DNA of 64,000 nucleotides from an uncultured virus (IMG/VR IMGVR_UViG_3300042891_001375) (IMGVR_UViG_3300042891_001375), one strand, 5' to 3'; counted from the stretch's first letter, positions 27,320 to 35,892 are shown. Program-made: numbers and translations. The notes: generated by a model not told the origin, from the letters alone.

Positions 27320-27487
27320 ATGCATAAAGATGATCTAAAAGTATTGATTATTATTCTTTTATTCGCCGCATTCGCTCTCGTCAACACATTTTTTCTTTGG
27401 GTTCCTGCATCAGCACCACCTGTAATGTTGGTGTTGTTCGTTGGATTGTATTCGATATGGGAGCATAAGTATGGCAACAAGGCGTAA
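27320..27487 (+). CDS. small two-TM membrane protein (55 aa, not in track)
   Basis: GGAG SD; MHKDDLKVLIIILLFAAFALVNTFFLWVPASAPPVMLVLFVGLYSIWEHKYGNKA. Confidence 0.65.
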   Translation: MHKDDLKVLIIILLFAAFALVNTFFLWVPASAPPVMLVLFVGLYSIWEHKYGNKA

Positions 27488-27791
27488 TTTTTTCAAGTAT
27501 CTTGGTCTTGCTGGTGGTGTTGCTGGCGGTGGTATTGTAGCCGCCGCCGCTGTTCTTCCTGATGCTGATAAGTGTAAGGCAATAGAAGAAATTAAAGCCG
27601 CTGGTTACAATGGCAAGTTAAACATTGGCACTGAGTATGGTGAACTTGCATCACCAGACGGCACTATCAGTTGTGGTCCCAAATTTGTTCCAGGAACACA
27701 AAAGCATGTAACCGCAAGTATGACCGTCGGTCCTGATGGCGAGATGTACTTGATGACAAACGGAAAATGGCGTAGAATAGTGACTGAATAA
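27471..27791 (+). CDS. hypothetical protein with twin-arginine (Tat)-like signal
   Basis: MATRRNFFKYLGLAGGVAGGGIVAAAA; GGAG SD. Confidence 0.65.
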   Translation: MATRRNFFKYLGLAGGVAGGGIVAAAAVLPDADKCKAIEEIKAAGYNGKLNIGTEYGELASPDGTISCGPKFVPGTQKHVTASMTVGPDGEMYLMTNGKWRRIVTE

Positions 27792-27809
27792 ACAATCAGG
27801 AGTTATATT

Positions 27810-28748
27810 ATGAATGAAGCGTTGTGGGTTGAAAAATACCGTCCTCATACTATTGCCGATTGTATTCTTCCTGATGAATACAAGGCAACTTTCCAATCTT
27901 ATGTTGATCGCAAAGAGATTCCTCATCTCTTGCTTTGTGGCACTCCAGGAACAGGTAAGACTACCGTTGCTCGTGCATTGTGCGATGAGATCGGTTGTGA
28001 TTATCTAATGATCAATGGCTCGGATGAATCAGGTATTGATACTTTCAGAGTCAAGATCAAGAACTATGCAAGCGCGATGTCGATGACTGGTGGGAAGAAA
28101 GTTATCATCATTGATGAAGCAGATTATTTGAATCCAAACTCAACTCAGCCAGCCATGCGTGCTGCTATGGAAGAGTTTGCGCATAACTGTACTTTCATTA
28201 TGACTTGCAACTTTAAGAATCGTATCATTGAACCTTTGCATAGTCGATGTGCTGTAATTGAATTCAAGTTGCGCAAAGAAGATAAGCCAAAGATGGCAAT
28301 GGCGTTCATGAAACGTGCATCAGAAATTCTTACTACAGAAAAAGTTCCATTTGACAAATCTGTCCTCGCTGAAGTTGTCAAGAAACATTTTCCAGATTAT
28401 CGTCGCGTTCTGAATGAGTTGCAGCGTTACAGTGTCAGTGGTAAGATTGATACTGGTATTCTGACGAGCATTGCTGATGTATCTTTGAATGATCTTGTCA
28501 CATCCCTCAAAGATCAAAACTTCAGCGCGATGCGTAAGTGGGTTGCTGATTTCGGTGGCGATGATCCTGCGAAAATTTATCGTAAGATTTATGATAGTCT
28601 TTACGACATTATGGATAAGTCTACGATTCCGAATGCTGTCTTGATTCTCGCCAAGTATCAATATCAATCGGCTTTTGTCGCAGATCAGGAACTGAATCTC
28701 ACCGCATGTCTCACTGAGATGATGGTGGAGTGTAAGTTCAATGGCTGA
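27810..28748 (+). CDS. 44: clamp loader large subunit gp44
   Basis: LWVEKYRP, GTPGTGKTT, IIDEAD, PLHSRC. Confidence 0.97.
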   Translation: MNEALWVEKYRPHTIADCILPDEYKATFQSYVDRKEIPHLLLCGTPGTGKTTVARALCDEIGCDYLMINGSDESGIDTFRVKIKNYASAMSMTGGKKVIIIDEADYLNPNSTQPAMRAAMEEFAHNCTFIMTCNFKNRIIEPLHSRCAVIEFKLRKEDKPKMAMAFMKRASEILTTEKVPFDKSVLAEVVKKHFPDYRRVLNELQRYSVSGKIDTGILTSIADVSLNDLVTSLKDQNFSAMRKWVADFGGDDPAKIYRKIYDSLYDIMDKSTIPNAVLILAKYQYQSAFVADQELNLTACLTEMMVECKFNG

Positions 28749-29118
28749 TCTATTTAAAGAAATTATCCCGTCGATTCTGCAGACGAAAGAATATGCTCTC
28801 CTGACGGAGCAGGACGAAAAATCATATTCCTCATTTATGGTGAATCGAGCACTCTCGTTTCATCGAGATACCGCTCTGATCGCGAACGAGATGAATAAGT
28901 ATCCGAATCTCGACAATAAACTCAAATATGATTTTCTCCTAAATATAATACGAGCCCAGAAGCGCCAATATAGTAAATGGCACAAAAGGGTTAAGAGCAG
29001 CGATTTGGATGCGGTCAAAGAATATTATGGATACTCCGATGCAAAGGCAGAGGAAGCATTAAAAATTCTAGACGACGCTCAGATCGATTTGATAAAAAAA
29101 CAATTATATAAGGGTTAG
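28741..29118 (+). CDS. 62: clamp loader small subunit gp62
   Basis: FMVNRALS, VKEYYGYS..KA.EALKIL. Confidence 0.93.
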   Translation: MADLFKEIIPSILQTKEYALLTEQDEKSYSSFMVNRALSFHRDTALIANEMNKYPNLDNKLKYDFLLNIIRAQKRQYSKWHKRVKSSDLDAVKEYYGYSDAKAEEALKILDDAQIDLIKKQLYKG

Positions 29119-29121
29119 AAC

Positions 29122-29523
29122 ATGAGCGTTGATAAACTAGTTGAAGTCACTCTTGAGCAACAAGATGATTTTTTGAAAGTGCGCGAGACTCTCACTCGCA
29201 TTGGTGTGGCTGCAAAAAATGACAATATTCTCTATCAATCCTGCCACATTCTCCATAAACAAGGTAAGTATTATATCGTTCATTTCAAAGAACTCTTTGA
29301 ATTAGACGGTAAGCCATCCAATATGTCAGACAATGACATTCAACGTCGCAACACGATTGCGAATCTAATGGCTGAGTGGGGTTTGGTAAAACTCGTCGAT
29401 CCAGATAAGACAAAGGATAATGTCGCACCATTAAGCCAAATCAAGATTCTTCCATTCAAAGAGAAAAACGATTGGCAATTGGTCTCAAAATATACAATCG
29501 GGAAGAAAAAGAAGGAAGGTTGA
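29122..29523 (+). CDS. regA: translational repressor RegA
   Basis: DDFLKVRETLTRIG, LYQSCHILHKQGKYYIVHFKELF. Confidence 0.97.
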   Translation: MSVDKLVEVTLEQQDDFLKVRETLTRIGVAAKNDNILYQSCHILHKQGKYYIVHFKELFELDGKPSNMSDNDIQRRNTIANLMAEWGLVKLVDPDKTKDNVAPLSQIKILPFKEKNDWQLVSKYTIGKKKKEG

Positions 29524-29526
29524 TTT

Positions 29527-30099
29527 ATGATTGTGATGAATGTGTATAAACTTCGTGATGATATTGAACTTCCAACATACGGCACTTCTTTAGCAAACTG
29601 TTTTGATTTGTCATTCCAACCAACATCAAATGTTGTAACTGGATATGACTCATTCAACGCACCTATTGAACGAGATGTAAACGGATTTGGAGAAATCTCC
29701 ATCTATCCAGGCGATCGTTTATTGATTCCGACTGGATTAATTTTCAAGATCGAACGTTATGTTACAATTGAAACATTTGCAGATATTGCACGACATGATG
29801 ATGAACTTCCACTTCAGAATTACAGCATTCGCCTTCATCCTCGTTCAGGACTTTCGCTTAAGAAAGGATTGATCCTAGCGAACTCGGAAGGAATCGTTGA
29901 TGTTGATTATCAAGAAGAAGTGTTTGTGCTTTTGACAAACATTTCGAAGATGCATCAGACAATTCGTCGCGGTGATCGCATTGCTCAGGCTGAAGTTATT
30001 ACCAATAGCCAATTTGCTTTTAAAGTAATCGCATCAAAACCAGAAAAACATTCTGAAAGATCTGGCGGATTTGGCAGCACAGGTGTTAATGCTGCCTAA
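29527..30099 (+). CDS. dut: trimeric dUTPase
   Basis: PRSGL, GIVDVDY, GDRIAQ, RSGGFGSTG. Confidence 0.92.
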   Translation: MIVMNVYKLRDDIELPTYGTSLANCFDLSFQPTSNVVTGYDSFNAPIERDVNGFGEISIYPGDRLLIPTGLIFKIERYVTIETFADIARHDDELPLQNYSIRLHPRSGLSLKKGLILANSEGIVDVDYQEEVFVLLTNISKMHQTIRRGDRIAQAEVITNSQFAFKVIASKPEKHSERSGGFGSTGVNAA

Positions 30100-30107
30100 A
30101 TAGAATT

Positions 30108-30164
30108 GGATGCCCATAAGGGGTCCATAACTATAAACTTGCTTATTAAAGGAGTTACAAAATG
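30108..30164 (+). promoter_or_regulatory. ROSE-like RNA thermometer in the hsp20 leader
   Basis: 5' hairpin GGATGCC...GGGTCC; SD hairpin AACTTGCTT-ATTA-AAGGAGTT with U(U/C)GCU opposite the SD and a bulged G. Confidence 0.7.
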
Positions 30165-30602
30165 ACAAATATCACTACACTCACATCCGCATACGGACTC
30201 GATCGCCTTCTTCCAACCGCTCTTGGGTTTGAAAATGCTTTCGCTGCTCTCGATAATGCTGCTCATCTACTTACAGCATCTCAAACTGCATTTCCTCCAG
30301 TGAACATCGTCAAGAAAGACGAATATAATTTTATCATTGAACTTGCAGTTGCTGGATACAAACAAGATGAGATTGAAATCACTGCTGAGAGAAACTCTCT
30401 CAAAGTCACAGGCAAAAAGGCTGAGGAAGAAGAACGCAACTATCTTGTAAAGGGTATTGCTGGTCGTAAGTTCTCACGCCAATTTGTTTTATCAGACACA
30501 GTAGTGGTTCGTGATGCAAATCTTGCTGATGGCATTCTTTCTATTGAATTAGAAAATGTCATTCCTGAAGAACAGAAACCTCGTAAGATTGAAATTAAAT
30601 AA
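30162..30602 (+). CDS. small heat shock protein Hsp20 (IbpA-like)
   Basis: FPPVNIVK, IELAVAGY, KGIAGRKFSRQF, ADGILSI, PEEQKPRKIEI. Confidence 0.95.
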   Translation: MTNITTLTSAYGLDRLLPTALGFENAFAALDNAAHLLTASQTAFPPVNIVKKDEYNFIIELAVAGYKQDEIEITAERNSLKVTGKKAEEEERNYLVKGIAGRKFSRQFVLSDTVVVRDANLADGILSIELENVIPEEQKPRKIEIK

Positions 30603-30618
30603 CCATTGAGATTATATT

Positions 30619-31110
30619 ATGATTCGTGATGAACTATCGTGGGATGAATTGTTTATCTTACAGGCTACTCTGATCGCTCAGAAAAGCAAGGATCCGTCGA
30701 CAAAGGTGGGGTGTGTAATCGTCAATGATGATAATGTCATCTTGTCGACGGGTTTTAATGGCTTTCCAAGAGGCATTGAAGAAGATTGGAAAGATCGTTG
30801 GAAGAGTCCAGAAAAGTATCACTGGGTTGAGCATGCTGAACGCAATGCAATCTTCAACGCCGCACGTGTTGGTGTTTCACTCAACAATTCTCGTGCATAT
30901 CTAAACTGGGAACCAAAGCCATGCGCTGATTGCACACGCGCATTGATCCAAGCAGGAATCAAAGAAGTCATCGGACCAAACCGACCATTCTCTGGTAAGG
31001 GTGCAGGAAAGCATTACTCGATCGAGCACGCAGAAGTCATGCTGCGCGAGGCAGGAGTCCGAATACGCTATTTCGACCTCCCCCCAGAACTAGGGGAACC
31101 GCCATTCTAG
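30619..31110 (+). CDS. cd: dCMP deaminase
   Basis: SKDPSTKVG, GFNGFPRG, HAERNA, PCADC. Confidence 0.93.
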   Translation: MIRDELSWDELFILQATLIAQKSKDPSTKVGCVIVNDDNVILSTGFNGFPRGIEEDWKDRWKSPEKYHWVEHAERNAIFNAARVGVSLNNSRAYLNWEPKPCADCTRALIQAGIKEVIGPNRPFSGKGAGKHYSIEHAEVMLREAGVRIRYFDLPPELGEPPF

Positions 31111-31115
31111 GACCG

Positions 31116-31144
31116 CTCTCTCGGCTCTCTCCTCGGCGAGAGAG
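31116..31144 (+). terminator. hairpin at the boundary of the early block
   Basis: CTCTCTCG...CGAGAGAG inverted repeat; no clear U-tract. Confidence 0.4.
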
Positions 31145-31151
31145 GGTGTCG

Positions 31152-31211
31152 TAAGTTATTGATTTTATTCAGATTTTTTCTGTTGTGTTTTCCTGTATTT
31201 TATACGACAAT
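31152..31211 (+). promoter_or_regulatory. IHF-site plus early promoter, copy 4 (leaderless)
   Basis: TAAGTTATTGATT, 18 nt, TTGTGT-17-GACAAT, ATG 6 nt later. Confidence 0.72.
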
Positions 31212-31217
31212 TGTTGT

Positions 31218-31400
31218 ATGACATACATGAAATACATGACTTCTGGGAACGACTTATTCGGTGACCGCCACACGCTGTGGTATGTGGGCGATTATCATTA
31301 TCAGATAGAATGCCGTGTTACAGGCAACAAAATCGACCTTCCAGACATGTGTTTCGAGGATGCTCTTCGCACCTTCGAAAGCGTGCTCGTAAGTTATTGA
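31218..31400 (+). CDS. small early hypothetical protein
   Basis: 60 aa starting at the ATG just after the promoter. Confidence 0.6.
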   Translation: MTYMKYMTSGNDLFGDRHTLWYVGDYHYQIECRVTGNKIDLPDMCFEDALRTFESVLVSY

Positions 31401-31449
31401 TTTTGCAAGAGTTTTTACTGTTGCTAAAAACGTCTAAAAATGCTATAAT
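31390..31449 (+). promoter_or_regulatory. IHF-site plus early promoter, copy 5 (leaderless)
   Basis: TAAGTTATTGATT, 18 nt, TTGCTA-17-TATAAT, ATG 6 nt later. Confidence 0.75.
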
Positions 31450-31455
31450 TGTCTT

Positions 31456-31746
31456 ATGAAATACGAAAACACTGTGAAAATTGGTGACGTTGTCAAGTCT
31501 CTTGACTTCGTTGGTGTCAATGACTGTTATTATGTTGGTGTCGTGATCGGCATCAGCGAGATGGACGGCACTTTCCGTGCTCGCACCGTCCAGCGTGTGT
31601 GGCAGGGCAATGCTGACAAGAAAATCCTCTCGGATACTTTCGTCGCTCCGTTGCCTGGCAATTCTTTCTTCGACGATCTGGCTGAAGAAAAGAATGCTGC
31701 TCCTCGCGTGCAGGTTGTGTGGCGTGACTCGTCGGTGGCTGCATAA
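31456..31746 (+). CDS. early hypothetical protein (SH3/KOW-like)
   Basis: VKIGDVVKSLDF...YYVGVV beta-rich pattern. Confidence 0.65.
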   Translation: MKYENTVKIGDVVKSLDFVGVNDCYYVGVVIGISEMDGTFRARTVQRVWQGNADKKILSDTFVAPLPGNSFFDDLAEEKNAAPRVQVVWRDSSVAA

Positions 31747-31955
31747 TGAACATCGACAAACGACATGGCGGTCCGTATGACCGTGGTTCTGCTGACAGTT
31801 ACTATCGTCGTCCTCGTCGTCCGCACTTCTTCACTGATGCGACGTATTTGAGTGATGAGATTCCTGAGCGATTCATGACTGCCCAGCAAATTGCTGAGTA
31901 CAATTTTGGCTTTGATATGAACGAAGCAGATCAAAATTTTAAGGAGTGGGAATAA
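31746..31955 (+). CDS. early hypothetical protein
   Basis: RHGGPYDRGSADSYYRR; coupled to the upstream ORF. Confidence 0.65.
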   Translation: MNIDKRHGGPYDRGSADSYYRRPRRPHFFTDATYLSDEIPERFMTAQQIAEYNFGFDMNEADQNFKEWE

Positions 31956-31956
31956 T

Positions 31957-32181
31957 ATGAGAAAGCAAACTGAAACTTTGCTGAGTGAGGCGATCGATCT
32001 GGTGAATGGTGTCGATCATGTTCTGGCGAACACCATGACTCAGTATGATCTGAGTGCCAAGAACTGTTATGATCTTGCGGAGAAACTTGAGCGTGCGTGT
32101 CATGCACTGCTTGTTGTTGGTGATCGCAAGACGCAACAAGACTTGAACAAGATTCCGATGGGTGAAGGGGTGCCGTTCTAA
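31957..32181 (+). CDS. early hypothetical protein
   Basis: Tightly packed ORF with SD. Confidence 0.6.
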   Translation: MRKQTETLLSEAIDLVNGVDHVLANTMTQYDLSAKNCYDLAEKLERACHALLVVGDRKTQQDLNKIPMGEGVPF

Positions 32182-32414
32182 TGGGATACTTCAAAAATTT
32201 AGAGATTGATGTCATCGAGATGCATCGTCACGATGGGCTCAAGGAAGCAGAGATTGCAAAGATCACTGGCTTGTCACTGACTGAAGTAAATGAGATTCTC
32301 GCAGCATATGAGAATCGTGATGTTGATTACAATGAATACGATACTGACATGGTCAGTTATGATGATCTTGTCTTTGATCCAGGTGATGTTGATTACAATG
32401 CGGAGCATTACTAA
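32181..32414 (+). CDS. early hypothetical protein with HTH-like segment and acidic tail
   Basis: GLKEAEIAKITGLSLTEV. Confidence 0.6.
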   Translation: MGYFKNLEIDVIEMHRHDGLKEAEIAKITGLSLTEVNEILAAYENRDVDYNEYDTDMVSYDDLVFDPGDVDYNAEHY

Positions 32415-32608
32415 TGAGCGATGTAATGACAGAAAGCAAAGTCTTTGAACTTTGTGTTAAAATGCAACGTCTTGGATATGCAGTTGTGATATTCACTCCA
32501 GAAGAGTTGCGTGGTGCCAATCCTGATCATGTTCAAGACCGTTTGGTTGAATTGGGTTGGGATGTAATTGATACTCTTGCCACTGAGCCGCGAGAAGGTG
32601 AAGGTTGA
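32414..32608 (+). CDS. early hypothetical protein
   Basis: TAATG coupling. Confidence 0.6.
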   Translation: MSDVMTESKVFELCVKMQRLGYAVVIFTPEELRGANPDHVQDRLVELGWDVIDTLATEPREGEG

Positions 32609-32724
32609 TGGAAGATAATGGATTCATCTTCGGTGTGTTGATGTTTCTTTGCGGATTCGTTTCAGGTATACTAATCTGTATCCCAGCCAAACGAAAAGAC
32701 AGGTATTTTTACGATGACAAATGA
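32608..32724 (+). CDS. small single-TM protein (38 aa, not in track)
   Basis: TGATG coupling; MEDNGFIFGVLMFLCGFVSGILICIPAKRKDRYFYDDK. Confidence 0.55.
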   Translation: MEDNGFIFGVLMFLCGFVSGILICIPAKRKDRYFYDDK

Positions 32725-32935
32725 ATATCGTCGTTCTGTTCTTGCAGCAAAAGCAAGAGTTCAATTTGATCCTAGCAATCGCAAACATATGATTGATTTT
32801 GCTAGATTTGTCAAGTATAATAGTTGGACGAGTGGTTGCTCTTATTTCTTGGAAGATCCGTACACTGATATTCCTTCCATGATTCGAGCAAAGATTGCTG
32901 ATTACACTTTATCTAAACTGGTGGAAAAAGTATGA
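32714..32935 (+). CDS. hypothetical protein
   Basis: Packed ORF. Confidence 0.6.
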   Translation: MTNEYRRSVLAAKARVQFDPSNRKHMIDFARFVKYNSWTSGCSYFLEDPYTDIPSMIRAKIADYTLSKLVEKV

Positions 32936-33120
32936 GCGAAGGTGACTTTGAAGTATTGAATCGCGGCACAATTGAAGAGTTGCAAACTCTTCGGAAGTTT
33001 GCTCGTGAAATGATTTCTCTATCCAAGATTCACGACATGCCTTTGCCGCATGAGGTGCGAACGAAGGTTGATTCTCTTGAATTGTTTTATCAAGGTCACA
33101 ACGAGAAGTATCCTGTATGA
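32932..33120 (+). CDS. hypothetical protein
   Basis: ATGA coupling. Confidence 0.55.
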   Translation: MSEGDFEVLNRGTIEELQTLRKFAREMISLSKIHDMPLPHEVRTKVDSLELFYQGHNEKYPV

Positions 33121-33437
33121 TGATCTATTGCGCTGCACGTTTCAAACCAAAGAAGAAGCGTAAGCAGAAGGGTGTAGTTGCAAAAAAGTATAACAAGTCC
33201 TCGGCGATTCTCGGTGTTGAGAAATTGCCGAGCCTTTCTTATGGGTCACGAGTTGGTGCTGATGCTGCTCGCAGTGTTCAGTCGCTGAACTCTGATAAAG
33301 TCTTTACAGAGAAAAGAGAGAGCCTGATGTATACAGGCACTCTGGTGAAGGGTATTGCTACGATGCACAAGTCGAATGCAGTGCCTGTCATCGACGAAGA
33401 GCAGATGAAAGATATCTCGAGAATGCGCCGTGGGTAA
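33117..33437 (+). CDS. conserved T4-like hypothetical protein
   Basis: YTG..VKGIATMHKSNAVPV motif. Confidence 0.65.
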   Translation: MMIYCAARFKPKKKRKQKGVVAKKYNKSSAILGVEKLPSLSYGSRVGADAARSVQSLNSDKVFTEKRESLMYTGTLVKGIATMHKSNAVPVIDEEQMKDISRMRRG

Positions 33438-33594
33438 AATTCTCTGTTTCTTTGGTCTGCATAAATGGGAAGGATTGTGGCGACCCAGTCGTTGCAGTTA
33501 CTATCCCTTTGACATCCTTGTAAACAAAACTTGCAAACGATGCGGGAAAGTGGTTGTCCCGAAACAATCACATCATTCATCTGACGAGGATTAA
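33430..33594 (+). CDS. small putative Zn-binding protein (54 aa, not in track)
   Basis: GTG start; LCFFGLHKW...CKRCGK. Confidence 0.5.
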   Translation: MGKILCFFGLHKWEGLWRPSRCSYYPFDILVNKTCKRCGKVVVPKQSHHSSDED

Positions 33595-33597
33595 TTT

Positions 33598-33807
33598 ATG
33601 AGTATTCGTTCAAAGGCTGCTATTGAAACTGGAAAATTTCTTGTTTATTTTAGTATCATTTTCTGTGGATGTTATGTTCTTCTCGACCAACTCGGTCCGA
33701 AGTTTGGGATGATCGTTATTGCTTTGGGTTTGATTGGTAGTCTTGCTTGGTCTGTATATGATTATTATGTCAACAAGTTCACTCTTGAAGACAAGTGGAA
33801 ACTCTGA
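33598..33807 (+). CDS. two-TM membrane protein
   Basis: GAGGA SD; two hydrophobic segments. Confidence 0.6.
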   Translation: MSIRSKAAIETGKFLVYFSIIFCGCYVLLDQLGPKFGMIVIALGLIGSLAWSVYDYYVNKFTLEDKWKL

Positions 33808-33983
33808 TCAGTCCTTGTAAGACTATATGCAAACTAGACACCCGACGTGAATATTGCGTCGGGTGTTTTCGCACTGTGGCAGAGATAACTGACTGGTACA
33901 AGTTGCCTTTGTCAGAAAAACAGCGTATAATGGAAGAATGTAAAGAACGCGAATATATAAAGACGTATTCCGCAAATAACTGA
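33795..33983 (+). CDS. DUF1289-like Cys-rich protein
   Basis: SPCKTICKLD...CVGCFRTVAEITDW. Confidence 0.75.
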   Translation: METLISPCKTICKLDTRREYCVGCFRTVAEITDWYKLPLSEKQRIMEECKEREYIKTYSANN

Positions 33984-33993
33984 TAGGTGAATT

Positions 33994-34296
33994 ATGGCTA
34001 ATGTTAGATTTGAATATTCTGGTAAGTTGAGCGATGGTCGTTTTTGGGATGAGACTTCTAACAAACGAGTCGTTGTTGAACTTGAAGATAACGATTTGAG
34101 TGTGCCTGAAATGCTTGATGAGTTTATGAATTTCATGCAAGCAATCGGATACAAGTTTGAAATCGGCGATCGTTTTGATGTTGTGAATGATTTCAAGGTC
34201 AATGACAAACAACTTGATCTTGAATTTGGTAACGGCACAAGTCATACAGACTTCGCCGCACCCTCTACTGCCCCAGTAGATCCATTTGCTCCGTGA
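33994..34296 (+). CDS. hypothetical protein
   Basis: AGGTG SD; F.NFMQAIGY motif. Confidence 0.6.
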   Translation: MANVRFEYSGKLSDGRFWDETSNKRVVVELEDNDLSVPEMLDEFMNFMQAIGYKFEIGDRFDVVNDFKVNDKQLDLEFGNGTSHTDFAAPSTAPVDPFAP

Positions 34297-34304
34297 GGTG
34301 ATTC

Positions 34305-34394
34305 ATGCCAGCCAAAACAGGAACAAAACGACATGGCAAAGGTCGCGCTAAACTAGGTTCTAAGAAACGAGCAGCGCGTCGTAAGAAGTCGTGA
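34305..34394 (+). CDS. 29-aa highly basic peptide (not in track)
   Basis: GAGGTG SD; MPAKTGTKRHGKGRAKLGSKKRAARRKKS; GTGA coupling to the next ORF. Confidence 0.6.
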   Translation: MPAKTGTKRHGKGRAKLGSKKRAARRKKS

Positions 34395-34654
34395 CAAAAG
34401 TAAATTCAGTCACTCCCAAGTATGACATAACTTGGTATGTGAAATGGACAGCAAGTATTATCACACTTGTTGGTATCACAGTTCGAGCCAGCGGCTTAAC
34501 TCAATTTCAATACATAGATTTAATCTGTAGTTGGATTGGTGCCGCTGGCTGGTTCTTTGTTGGATTTAGATGGAATGATCGTGCATTGATGATTCTGAAT
34601 GGTGTGATTGGTGTGATTTTGTTTGCAGGAATCATGAGGTATTTTCTGTCATGA
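34391..34654 (+). CDS. three-TM membrane protein
   Basis: WYVKWTAS...GWFFVG..WNDRALMILN. Confidence 0.65.
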   Translation: MTKVNSVTPKYDITWYVKWTASIITLVGITVRASGLTQFQYIDLICSWIGAAGWFFVGFRWNDRALMILNGVIGVILFAGIMRYFLS

Positions 34655-35139
34655 AGATTTCAATTGGCAAGTATCCTAAAAAGGGTGAGCAAAAGAAGTC
34701 CATTCATATTGATCCATGGGATACATGGAGCATGGATCATACTCTTGCTGAGATCATTCATCCTATGCTCAAGCAGTTGCGCAAGACTACTCATGGCGCA
34801 CCTTATACCGAAGATGAGGATGTTCCTGAGCATCTTCGTTCTACCAATGCCAAGCCTAAGAAAAACGAATGGGATGTGGATGAGTTTCACTTCAAGCGTT
34901 GGGACTGGATCATGAAAGAAATGATCTGGACTTTCGGCGAACACGCAAAAGACCGCGAACCAAACTTCTGGATCAAGAAGCCCAAATATAAATGGGTAGA
35001 GGTAGAAGGTACTGATCATTCTGAAATGGTCACCGTCGACAAAGGTAAGTTCGACGATGCCAAAGCCAAAGCATATTGGGAACGAAAGAGGAATGGCTTT
35101 CGTTTGTTTGGAAAGTATTATCAAAATCTTTGGGATTAA
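34651..35139 (+). CDS. conserved T4-like hypothetical protein
   Basis: IDPWDTWSMDHTLAEII.PML, GFRLFGKYYQNLWD. Confidence 0.7.
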   Translation: MKISIGKYPKKGEQKKSIHIDPWDTWSMDHTLAEIIHPMLKQLRKTTHGAPYTEDEDVPEHLRSTNAKPKKNEWDVDEFHFKRWDWIMKEMIWTFGEHAKDREPNFWIKKPKYKWVEVEGTDHSEMVTVDKGKFDDAKAKAYWERKRNGFRLFGKYYQNLWD

Positions 35140-35142
35140 TTT

Positions 35143-35892
35143 GTGAAAGTATCAATCATTACACCCACAACAGGCAATCCATTCCTTGGTGAATGTATCG
35201 CATCAGTTCGTGCACAAACATATAAAAACGTTGAACACATTGTTGTAGTTGATGGTATACAGCGTTGGGACAAAGCAGACGAGATTTTATTGGCTGCTGA
35301 ATTTCCTAACGGAGTAAATGAACATGTTTGTGTATTACCATATCCTACAGGCACTAATCGTTACAACGGTCATCGCGTGTACGGTGCTGCTACTTATTTC
35401 GCAGATGGCGATTATCATCTCTGGTTAGACGACGACAATCTTCTTGAACCAGATCATATTGAGAAATTGGTCAAACTCGTTCAAGAGAAAAATTTAGACT
35501 GGGCGTTTTCATTTCGCAAGATCATTGACAAGGATAATAATGTTCTTTGTCTTGATGACTGCGAGTCTTTGGGTATGTGGGCAAGTATTCTACATCCAGA
35601 AGATTTCTTCGTTGATGTCAATTGCTATTTTGTCAAGAAAGAAGTTGCTGTGCAAATAACCCCAGTCTGGTATCGCAAATTCCGCGAGCCTGGTCAGATG
35701 GAAATCGATCGTGCGATTGCTGCAGTACTCATGCACCCAAATAACAAACTAAAGTTTGACGGCACACGTGATTATACGGTAAGATATCGTGTAGGAAATA
35801 CTGGCTTGTCAGTGCAAGCGGATTTCTTCTTGCAAGGTAATCAACGAATGCTTGAAAGGCATAATGGAGAACTGCCGTGGAAAAAACTCTAG
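35143..35892 (+). CDS. GT2-family glycosyltransferase
   Basis: VSIITPT, SVRAQTY, IVVVDG, WLDDD. Confidence 0.88.
   Translation: MKVSIITPTTGNPFLGECIASVRAQTYKNVEHIVVVDGIQRWDKADEILLAAEFPNGVNEHVCVLPYPTGTNRYNGHRVYGAATYFADGDYHLWLDDDNLLEPDHIEKLVKLVQEKNLDWAFSFRKIIDKDNNVLCLDDCESLGMWASILHPEDFFVDVNCYFVKKEVAVQITPVWYRKFREPGQMEIDRAIAAVLMHPNNKLKFDGTRDYTVRYRVGNTGLSVQADFFLQGNQRMLERHNGELPWKKL

Noticed and set aside
29527..31110. dUTPase plus dCMP deaminase as proof of a 5hmdU-substituted genome
   Set aside because: Both are ordinary dTMP-supply enzymes in T4-like phages, and no dUMP hydroxymethylase is visible in the window
14039..31402. Repeated 13-35 bp motif as a CRISPR array or attC sites
   Set aside because: Copies are dispersed, separated by whole genes, non-palindromic and tied to -35/-10 boxes; no cas or integrase gene in the window
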